NCBI GenBank assembly: GCA_963804995.1
Contig: CAWDSK010000006.1
Location: 608,001-672,000 of the forward strand
Length of the DNA stretch: 64,000 nt
Source: an uncultured Acidobacteriota bacterium
Lineage (GTDB): Bacteria > Acidobacteriota > Terriglobia > UBA7540
Reading direction: 5' to 3'
The position numbers and the translations under genes were made by a program. Each line of letters starts with the position of its first letter. Position 1 is the first letter of the stretch. Of this stretch, positions 53,275 through 62,932 are shown piece by piece. The notes beneath the pieces are model-generated. The model was given only the letters and a program-made list of their open reading frames with translations, made no database searches and was not told where the DNA came from.

Positions 53275-56264
53275 GTTTGAGTGATGAGGCGTGAATTGAC
53301 GCCCCCATTTCGTCTCTTATTGACAGTCCCCTGTTCGCTACTTAACATGTGTGCCCAGCGATGATTGGGAAAACCGTCTCTCACTATCGAATTCTGGAAA
53401 AGCTGGGCGGCGGCGGGATGGGCGTGGTGTACAAGGCCGAAGACACCGCGCTCGGCCGTTTTGTGGCGCTCAAGTTTCTGCCGGAAAATCTGGCCAAGGA
53501 TCCCCAAGCGCTCGATCGCTTCCAACGCGAGGCGCGGGCCGCTTCGGCGCTCAACCACCCGAACATCTGCACCATTTTCGAAATCGGCGAGCACGAAGGC
53601 GAGCCCTTCATCGTGATGCAGCTTTTGGAGGGGCAGACCCTCAAGCATCGCATCGAGTCCAAGCCCTTTAAGACCGATACCCTGCTCAACCTGGCGATTC
53701 AGATCGCTGACGCGCTCGAACGCCGCGCACGCCAAGGGCATTGTGCATCGGGACATCAAACCCGCCAATATTTTCGTCACGCAACGCGGCCAGGCCAAGG
53801 TGCTGGACTTTGGTTTGGCGAAGCTCGCGCCTTCCAGCCGTCCGCGCGCGGGAACGGGCGCCTCCGGCATGTTGACGGCTCAGACGCGCGAAGAATTCAA
53901 TACCAGCCCGGGCGTCACTATGGGAACGGTGGCTTACATGTCTCCCGAGCAGGTGCGGGGAGAAGACCTCGACGGCCGTTCCGATATTTTTTCCCTCGGT
54001 CTGGTGCTTTATGAAATGGCCACCGGCGTGCCCGCTTTCAGTGGCAACACTTCCGGGGTGATTCAAGAAGCCATTCTCAACCGCGCCCCGATTTCTCCGC
54101 TGCGCCTGAATCTTGATTTGCCCCCCAAGCTCGAAGAAATCATTTTCAAGGCGCTCGAAAAAGACCCCGACATGCGCTATCAGGGCGCTTCCGAGCTACG
54201 AACGGATCTCAAGCGTCTGAAGCGCGACACGGATTCCGGGCGTTCCGCCAGCCGGGTGCAAATGGGAGAACCCAGCAGTCACATGTCTGCCCAGCCCAGC
54301 CAGTCGCGGCAAGACGCGCATTCGGGGATGGCGCCTCCGTTTCCCCCACCGCCGGCGGCGAGCGGCCCCACGCCGGTCACGCCTGCGTCAAGCGGGTCCA
54401 GCGCGGTCACCCCGGCTCCAGCGCCGGTCGAACCCTCGGGCGCGGTTATTCCCTCGCCCCCAACCACCGCCCAATGGCGAGGTCTCAAACTCCTAGTTCC
54501 TGCCGTCTCAGCTTTGCTGGTTATCGTGTTGGCGCTGGGTTGGTGGCTCACGCGCCACCGCCCATCAAGGCCGGGGGCGGTGGAAGTCCATAAGTCTTTG
54601 GCGGTGCTTTACTTCTCCAATCTTTCGCAAGATCCCTCGCTCAACTGGCTGAACCGCGGCCTCACCGAAATGCTCACCACGAATCTAGCCCAGGTGAAGG
54701 GATTGGACGTGCTTTCGACGGAGCGCATTCTGGCCGAAGTTCAGCGGCTGGGGATGAAGGATGCGAAGGAACTCAACCCAGCCTCGGCGGTGAAAGTGGC
54801 GCGCAACACGGACGCCGACGCGTTTGTCACCGGCACGCTCCTGCGCGTCGGCCCCCAGCAGCTTCGGCTCGACGTACAGGTTCAAGACACTAAATCCGGT
54901 CAGATACTTTTTTCCGACAAGGTAGAGGCCGCGGACGTCCAAGGCATCTTCAGCATGGTGGATGCAGTGACGGGCCGCGTCGCACAGCGCTTCGCGCCCT
55001 CGGCCAATATGGCCATGAATGCTCCCAGCATCGAAGAAGCGGCAACTTCTAACCTCGAAGCCTACCGGCACTATCAGCTCGGGCTCGATTTTCACCGACG
55101 CTATCTCTTTGCCGAAGCAGTCCAAGAATTCGAGAAAGCCGTCCGGCTGGATCCGCAGTTTGCGCTGGCTTACTTCTACCTTTCCAGGGCCTATGCGATG
55201 CAGGGGGATCTTCGCAAAAGCCAGGACCTCTGGCCGAAGATCGAGCAATTACAGTCCCGCCTGTCGCGCAAAGACCGGTTGGAGTTTCAGGCAGACCAGG
55301 CTTTTCGGGCCGGAGACTTAATGGGGGATAGGCAAATCCTGGAATCGCTTCTCAAGGAGTTTCCCCGCCAGGACGGGGCCCGGGCGCACCTGTCGCAATT
55401 GTTGCTTTACGCAGGCGAAGTGGACCGCGCTGTCTCCGTGTTGCAGGATGGGCTTCAACTCGATCCCAGGAATGACACGCTCCTGAATATTCTCGGATAC
55501 GCGCAGGCATTATCCGGAAACTTGGCGGCCGCGCTCCAGGCCAACGATCAATACATGGCGGTTCGCCCCAACGACCCGAATCCCTGGGACACGCGCGGGG
55601 ACATCCTCTATCAATTGAATCACGACGATGAAGCGGTAGCGGCCTATCGTAAAGTCCTGGCGCTCAAGCCGGATTTCGTAGGCTCCGAAGACTATGTCAA
55701 ACTGGCCGTCGTTTACGCGGACCAGAAGAAATTCGCGCTGGCAGATTCGGCGCTCTTGGAATACGGCAAACAAGTTACGGGCGCGGCCAAGTTCTACGCT
55801 TCGGTATTTGCCGGGCAGTTTCAGGAAACGCGGGGAGACTTGGAAGGCGCGCGAGCAAGTTATGAGCGCGCCGCCGGGGACTTGGCGCGCGCCGGGCAGA
55901 ACGCGGGCGCCGCTGACGCCCTCCTGCCGCTGGCCAGGGTTTCGATTCTGACGGGCGAGGGATTGGCCTCCGATCTGGCCTTCGCCCGTCAGCAAAACCT
56001 CTCCGGATGGGAGTATCGGGCGATTGCCTTTCTGCAGGCGGCGCAGGGTGATACGGCGGCCTCCGAACGCAGCCTCCAGCTCTATGCGGCGGCTCGCCCC
56101 GATATGGGTCCACGAGGCCTCGAACAGATTCGGAATTACAACGCCCTTTACGCGGCTCTGGTGCGCAAGGACCCGCAAGGCGTACTCGCTGCGGCAGGCC
56201 GTCTGCCGAACTCCGTGGATTCATTCTTGCGATATCCGCGCGGTTGGGCCTATTTCGAGACTAA

Positions 56265-57173
56265 GAGCTTATCCGTAAATACTTATTGAAGTCTGCTGCA
56301 ATTTGATGCATGATTATGACCCAAGATGCCGCAGATAAAATCTTGGGAAGTATCCGACGAGTTTTGGGTGAAAGTCGAACCGCTGATTCCGGTTCGACAG
56401 CGGTCGAAAGGCCGAAAGTATAGGCGGAAGCCGGGGGGTGGGAGGAAGCCAATGCCGGCGCGCCGGATCTTCTCGGCCATTGTGTATGTGCTGCGCACGG
56501 GATGTCAGTGGAAGGCCTTGCCCAAGGAATTCGGCAGCGCCAGCGCGGTCCACAAGCATTTTCAACAGTGGCACCGGGCGGGTTTCTTTCTGGCGCTCTG
56601 GCGGTCGGGGCTGGCCGAGTACGATGAGCTGGAGGGCATTGCCTGGGACTGGCAAAGCATCGACGGAGCGATGGTGAAAGCCCCGCTGGCCTTGACTTGC
56701 GTGGGACCCAATCCCACCGATCGGGGAAAAAAATGGGCGCAAGCGAAGTTTGTTAGTCGACGGGCGTGGCGTCCCACTATCGCTCGCCGTCAGCGGAGCC
56801 AACCTGCATGATGTGAAGCTGCTGGCCACCACCCTCGACCAGGTGGTGAGAGCGCGACCGGCACCGCGACCGAGAAAGCCCCAGCACCTTTGCGCCGATG
56901 CCGGTTACAAGGGATCCCGCGCTCGGCAAGCGGCCACGAACCGCCACTACCGGCCGCATATCAAGCAACAGCGAGAAGAGATGGAAGCAAAACGTATCGT
57001 CCCCGGTTACAAGGCTCGCCGATGGGTGGTCGAGCGGACCCATTCCTGGCTCAACCGATACCGCAAGGTGTTGGTGAGCTTTGAAAAGACCGAGGAAAGC
57101 TACGTCGCCCTACTAACCTTAGCCGCGGCCATGATCTGCTGGCGACAGACAATTATTATTTACGGATAAGCTC
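56265..57173 (+). mobile_element. IS5-family insertion sequence, 909 bp
   Basis: 17-bp inverted repeats gagcttatccgtaaata/tatttacggataagctc, TAA target duplication. Confidence 0.95.
56326..57169 (+). CDS. IS5-family transposase in two ORFs joined at an A7 slippery site (56727-56733)
   Basis: YVLRTGCQWKALP, SIDG, PNPTDRGK | LVDGRGVPL, ADAGY, RWVVERTHSWL. Confidence 0.93.
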
Positions 57174-57501
57174 TAAGGACTATAGCCGGGCAGAGCAGGA
57201 CCTTCACGCGGCGGTTCTTAATGAAAGGGCATTGTCAAATTTCAACACCGTGCGCACCCGCTCCCCACTGCTCGCCGCCCTGGCGCACTTTTATCTGGGC
57301 CAAGTCTATGAAGCCACGGGAAAGCGCGAGCAGGCTACCAACGAGTACCAGGAATTTCTTTCTCACTTCGATAAATCCACCGCCCGCCTTCCCCAAATCG
57401 CCATCGCGCGCGCCGCCCTCCAGCGCTCCCTGCCGTAAGACTCCGGGCGGTCGCTGCGGGGCCCAATTGCCAGCCAGCGCTGCGACTCCTGTAGTGGCCC
57501 G

Positions 57502-57583
57502 CTGGCGCGGACCTGTTTTGGTCCGCGGTTCTTCCCCCCCTGACCACGAAAAGCCGCGGACCTCAAGAACAGGTCCGCGCTAC
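57502..57583. repeat. GTAG-type REP doublet between convergent genes
   Basis: gcgcggacctgttttggtccgcgg ... ccgcggacctcaagaacaggtccgcgctac. Confidence 0.75.
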
Positions 57584-57640
57584 CTTGCTGGACAGGCGAT
57601 GAATCTACGAGCCATGCCGTGCGGAGGTTAACTCGAATCG

Positions 57641-60434
57641 CTACGATTTCTTTCGCGCTTTCTTGGCGGACGGAATAAGGGGTGCGGTCAGTTTTTCGAA
57701 GAGGGCGAAGAGGTGCTCCACGCGCTGGCGGTCGTTTTCAAATGGTTGGGAACGGTAGCAGCGATCAACAGCTCGGTCGAGGCCAGTATGGGCTTTGACC
57801 AGCGCTGAAGGCATCGTCAGTGGGTCGTAAAGATCGGCCAGCGTGGCGTCGGGGAATTGTTCGCGGGCGTCCAATATCGCTTGCGCAGCGGTTTCCACGG
57901 CTGCACGTTGCTTGGCGCCCGGGGCTTCCGGCCACGGGTAATTGTTGTAAACCAGCTTGGCCGAATAGCGGTAGCGCGACTCCAGCCGTCCGCCAACTTG
58001 TCGCAACCAAGCCATGTGCATCGCTGAGGAAAGTACGCCGAAATCGTAGAGTGTGGCGTGGGGAACAATTCTTACAAGGCTGCTTGCAAGAATTTCCGGC
58101 TTAAGAAAACCGATGGGAACGTAATTGCGCCGCTCAGAGCTTACTTCGGGGATAACGAGATAACTTTGAGTCGGCATGTTCTCGAACATGGAAGCGCGTC
58201 GGCTTGTCCGCGATTGCCCGTGTCGGCGCGCTCTTGCTGGCCAGGCGAAATTTTCTTACAGCTTCGACACGCGCCATCGCGTTCGGCATCTTGCGGAGCT
58301 TTGCAGGGGGACAGTCGCCGAGCCATAGGCACCAACGCTCGATTCCATTGATGAATTCTTCCGAGCCGATCCAGCGCCGGAAGAATTCTTTTGCGTCTGG
58401 CTCTAGCTTCAAGAACTCAGCCTTCTCCTTTGGCGTAAAAAGGTAGTTGCCGTCATCAATCGGCTTGTTGCCGATCCCAATCTCAGGCGCGTCGCAGAGG
58501 GGCAAAGCACGATTGACGATGGCGCGGTCGGGGCCTTCGACCAGGTATGGGCTAATGTTGCTAACAATGCTGACGCTGGCTTTCTCACCGCCCTCCTCGT
58601 ACTCGTAGATGCGTTTGTTCTTCGCATCCGAAGCAGCAAAGCCCACGACAACAACATGAACATGTGCCTTGCCTCGCGCCTCGCTTTGCCACGCAAAGGG
58701 CCGATGGCCAAATAGGATTTTCGATCGATAGCGTTGAAAAAGCGCATTCCACAAAACTCCGACTTGCTCACCTTGAGAGATCGAATTGGTGGACACAAAA
58801 CCGACAACGATGCGTGTCCCTTTGATGTATTCGGCAGCCTTAAAGTACCACCCGGTAACGTAATCGAGCAGGCCACTGTTCTCAACATCGCGAGCAATAA
58901 GGTCCATATCAGCGCGTTGCTCATCGGTTTGGAATTTTCCACCGACAAACGGCGGATTGCCCAAGACAAAGCTACATTTCTCAGGGAGAAGAATTTTCCT
59001 CCAGTCGGTGCGGAGCGCGTTGCCGCAGACGATAGTTGGGGATTTCTTGAGTGGGAGGCGGACGAAGTATTGGCCGAAAGCTTCCGACAGGCGAATGTTC
59101 ATCTGGTGGTCCATAAGCCACATCGCCACTTCGGCAATTCTCACAGGCCATTCGCTAATTTCGATGCCGCAGAAAGCGTCTACATCGATTATGGATAGGG
59201 GGAGCATACCCGCTCCCTGCGTCGTATGGAGATAGAGCAGCTTAAGGATTTCAATTTCGATCAAACGCAGTTCGCGGTAGGTGATGACAAGGAAGTTCCC
59301 GCAGCCGCAAGCCGGATCGAGAAATCGCAATCGGGCGAGTTTCTGATGGAAGCGCTTCAGTTCAGCTTGTGTACCTTTGGCGCGCTCGAACTCCGCGCGC
59401 AGCTCATCCAGGAAGAGTGAGCGTATGAGCTTAAGAATGTCGCGCTCGTTGGTGTAATGCCCCCCGATTTGCCGCCGTTTTTTCGGCTCCATGACCGACT
59501 GAAAGAGTGAGCCGAAAATCGCTGGCGAGATCCGCGACCAGTCAAAGTGCGTGCAGGCTAGAAGCGCGTTACGCATATCGCTGTTGAAGTCGGCGAAGCC
59601 GAGGTTTTCCGAAAAGAGGTCACCGTTGACGTAGGGGAAAGCAGCAAGCGTTTCGTCGAGGTTTTTCTGGCGCTTGTCGGGCGGCGTGTTCAGCACGTCG
59701 AAGAGGCGTGCGAGGTGCAAGCCGAGGTCAGAGCCGTCCTTGGCGGTGCGATTCAAGAGGTAGAGCTTGAACGTTTCAGGTTCGAAGATACCGGTGTCTT
59801 CACCGAACAGGCAAAAGAGGATGCGTACAAGAAAGCGTTCGAGCTGATGCCCTGAGTAGCCGCCCGCCTCCAGCGCGTCGTGGAGGTGGCCCATGATTTC
59901 GACGGCACGAATGTTGATGGGGTCCTGCTCCTGGAATTTGTGCTGCTCGTAGCCTGGGATGAACGCAAAGAGGTGAATGTTTTTGTGGAAATCGTCCAGC
60001 GGGAACTCGATGCTCGCCACGCGCCATTCGTGGAAGAGAGGTAGATTTCGCTGCTCCTCCGGCTCTAAATCGTGCAGGGCGATGCGGGCAAAATCGGAAA
60101 CGATAACGTATCGAGGAATTTCGTCTGTGCGTCCTTCGCGCGCGAGGTCCTGAATATAGTTAAACGCCTGCGACTCGGCTTTGTTGAGGTCTCCGCCGCG
60201 GCTCTTGTGCTCGATCAGTACCTTGCCAGGCCAGAAAAGGTCAATGTAGCCGTAATCACCGGAAATCTTTTTGACCGATTCCTCAAAGCTGGCAACCGCC
60301 CGGCGAGGGACACCGAAAACATTGAAGAACTCGTTCCAAAAGGTTTGCTTCTCTGCTTGTTCCCTTCTGGCGCCTGTCCATTCCTTTGAAAAAGCAATCG
60401 CGCGATGGCGGATTTCGTTCCAGGAAAGTGGCAT
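57641..60434 (-). CDS. MmeI-family Type IIL restriction endonuclease/N6-adenine methyltransferase (apparent frameshift at ~58185, probably sequencing error)
   Basis: IDLFWPGKVLIEHKS nuclease motif, FLDPACGCGNF, GNPPF, C-terminal VSSERRNYVPIG and TLADLYDP; removing one base restores PTRFHVENMP. Confidence 0.92.
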
Positions 60435-60585
60435 GGGGGGATGATAGCAGCCTTGCCGAGCATCGAGCGTGGTATTTTAAATTATTGGGGCAAAGCGATC
60501 GGGTAGCGACGGTCAACCTTGCTCGGATTGTCCTTATGCCTTTAACCAGGATCACAAGCCCACGCAGTCAGCAAACCAATGCCCG

Positions 60586-61212
60586 ATCGGGATAGGGGGA
60601 GCGGTCGCCCGCTCACCCCTCCCACACCACCGTACGTACGGAGCACGTATACGGCGGTTCCGTGACTTGAGCCCGCAGGGGCCGGAGGTTCGATACGCGT
60701 TTCGCCGAGGAGGCTTCACCGCTCCCAGTTTCCTTTCGGGCTTCACCCAATCCGTCCCTGGGTAGCTCCGCCGAAGCGGATAGGCTGGTGCATGGCCGTC
60801 CTTGAGAAACGCGCACTACTGTTCACGATCACGGTTCGGGCCTTCGTCCCGATCCACCGGGACTAATATGCCCTATGCTGACTTCTGCCGCAGGATCAGG
60901 ATGATTTACATCACCCTCAGTCACAACTTCGTGACCTACAGCAGATCTCCCGAGGTAAGTTCGACCGCCTTCCGTGCAACGCCGCCGAATCTACGTTTTG
61001 CGCCCTTGATGGAAATGGGCTTCGCGAAACCCGGCCCGCTCGCCCAACGCTCACGCCTTCTATTCGGTTTTTGTCCATCGGCTCGCACCTTTGCTCCACG
61101 CTTCCTTCAGACCCCGCCTCGCGACGACGCCCTTGCGCTTCGCTAACCCTTCACCTCCATCAGGTTGGGTAGAGGACTTTCACCTCCAAGCTGTCGAACA
61201 TGCTCGGCACAC
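60586..61212 (-). ncRNA. ORF-less class IIC group II intron, 627 nt
   Basis: 5' GTGTG start; domain V ACCGCCGTATACGTGCTCCGTACGTACGGTGGT with CGC triad; domain VI ending CCTATCCCGAT; no RT ORF in domain IV. Confidence 0.9.
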
Positions 61213-61251
61213 CGGGTGGCGCATACGTGCCGCATTTTGGCATGTATGCGG
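61213..61251. repeat. REP-like hairpin (GGTGGCG foot) abutting the intron 5' end
   Basis: cgggtggcgcatacgtgccgcattttggcatgtatgcgg, 12-bp stem with one mismatch. Confidence 0.8.
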
Positions 61252-61329
61252 TCACAACCTTCGGTGCATAGACAGCATGGGATCATCGTTCAGAGAATAG
61301 AATCTCCAACTGGACCACGGCCAGTCGCC
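61252..61329 (-). pseudogene. 3'-terminal relic of a REP-associated tyrosine (Y1/HUH) transposase
   Basis: Translates GDWPWSSWRFYSLNDDPMLSMHRRL*; DWPWSS is the typical RAYT C-terminal motif; lies between inverted REP-like hairpins. Confidence 0.7.
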
Positions 61330-61336
61330 TAAAAGC

Positions 61337-61381
61337 CGCACACATCCCAATAAAGGGCACCGGGACGTATCCGCCACCCGC
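61337..61381. repeat. Second REP-like hairpin, inverted relative to 61213-61251
   Basis: ccgcacacatccc...gggacgtatccgccacccgc. Confidence 0.75.
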
Positions 61382-61557
61382 GAAACCTGGCCGCAAGGCC
61401 ATGGCGGGTTAGTCGAGTCCGGATATTCTTCACTGCCAGGTCTGCTTGTCCGCTGGCAACTCCATCGAGGGGGAACTCTAGTAGCCTTTTCAAAACCCCG
61501 AATTCGACTCGCTAACCCATGATTCCAAAACGCCCAAAATGGGTTTTGAAACCAGCG

Positions 61558-62253
61558 CTAATCATGAAGGACTATGTTGAGGAGTGAACTGTGAACCAGC
61601 ATGCCGCCGTTGTAGCCGCTGTAATCGATGAACCCGAGCTTGCGGAACTTGTTCATGAAGTGGCTGACCCGCGACCGGGTTGTTCCAATCATTCCCGACA
61701 GTGTTTCTTGACTGATCTTTGGAATCACCGGCTCCAGCTTGCCTTCCTTGCCAAAGTGCGCAAGCAGAAGCAGAATCCGAGCCAACCGCTTCTCACTCGA
61801 ATTGAACAGTTGATCGACCAGGTCCTCTTCAATTCGAATATTGCGGGAGAGCAGGTGGGCCGTGAAGAACTCCGAGTATTTTGGGTCGGTGTGCAGCAGC
61901 CGCACCATGGCCTTTTTGCGGATGCGCAGAACGGTCGTGGCTTCGTCCGCCGTGGCCGTCGAGATGCGCAGGGGTTGCCCGGCCAAGCAGCCTTCACCGA
62001 AGAACTCATCAGCACCGAGAAGCGCCACGATAGCTTCCTTCCCCTGCTTGGAAACCACGGCCAGCTTTACTCGGCCATTCTGAACGTAGAACACCGCATC
62101 CGCCGGATCGCCTTGTGAAAAGATCACTTGCTTACGCCGGTAGGACGAGACACTTTTCCCCTCGCTCACTCTCGTGAGGATAGCCTTCCCGTCTAAAGGT
62201 AAGGTCCGTTTTGATGCTCTGGCTGCGATCCTGAGGTTAGCGGGCATTTCCAT
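61558..62253 (-). CDS. Crp/Fnr-family transcriptional regulator
   Basis: IFSQGDPAD, FFGEGCLAG, EKRLARILL, ISQETLSGMIGTTRSRVS HTH. Confidence 0.95.
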   Translation of the reverse strand: MEMPANLRIAARASKRTLPLDGKAILTRVSEGKSVSSYRRKQVIFSQGDPADAVFYVQNGRVKLAVVSKQGKEAIVALLGADEFFGEGCLAGQPLRISTATADEATTVLRIRKKAMVRLLHTDPKYSEFFTAHLLSRNIRIEEDLVDQLFNSSEKRLARILLLLAHFGKEGKLEPVIPKISQETLSGMIGTTRSRVSHFMNKFRKLGFIDYSGYNGGMLVHSSLLNIVLHD

Positions 62254-62932
62254 TATCGTCGTTCCGCCCGACTAACAATATACACCTGACCGCCACTGGG
62301 TGCAATCGTGCGAAAGTTACATTCTTAAATGGCTTGACGCGTCGTGCGGGCGGGTTGGCTCCATCCCCGCCGCGCCGCTGTCAGGCAGCGTATCCCTTGA
62401 CCCGGACTTCTCCCTTCGACACGTCAACCGTCCCGGGGGCCCAGCGGGGTAGCGGATCAGAGTCTCATGCTCTCCGAGACTCTGCGGCTCTTCGTTTGTT
62501 GCGTGCAACTTTGGATCACCGCTTAGGACCTCCAGAGCGCAGAGGTACGCGCCTCATGCGTTCCTCTGCGGCTATTTGTTGTGTAGCATTAATAAACATG
62601 TGAACGCTTCTCGTATTTAGAGCCGCGGAGTAGTGCTGAGATGCGCACAACTCCGCGCTACCAGACCATCTCCCCCTCGAATCGCCCGTTGATTGTGCAC
62701 CGCGTCTAACGTGTTGGTCACTTGGCCGTTCTAGTCGCCAAACCGTAGATGTGGCGCTCACGTTCGCCTGCAGATTCCTGACCTACCCGGAAGCTACCGG
62801 ACTGGGGAGGTGCCGCAGGTGTCGCCCGGAATGATCGAACTTCTGAAACCGCTACCTAACGTCCTGTAAGAAGTTCAAAGTCGGCGAGTTGCGGGCGTCC
62901 GTTCCGCAGCCCCGTCAGGGGCGTAAGAACGT

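Larger units (their letters stand above)
53361..57438 (+). pseudogene. Hanks-type Ser/Thr kinase with TM and TPR domains, interrupted by IS5 (also apparent frameshift at ~53720)
   Basis: [36 protein letters not shown]; removing the IS restores YFETK-DYSRAEQ...LQRSLP*. Confidence 0.9.

Noticed and set aside
7153..58187. Programmed ribosomal frameshifting or mass pseudogenisation as the cause of the six frameshifts
   Set aside because: Motif orientation is independent of gene strand, there are no slippery heptamers, and the genes show no other decay
61213..61381. Integron attC site as the intron target
   Set aside because: No RYYYAAC/GTTRRRY core sites, no cassette array and no integrase
62254..62932. 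Small ORFs or CRP boxes upstream of the Crp/Fnr gene
   Set aside because: ORFs lack motifs and RBS support; only poor partial matches to TGTGA-N6-TCACA
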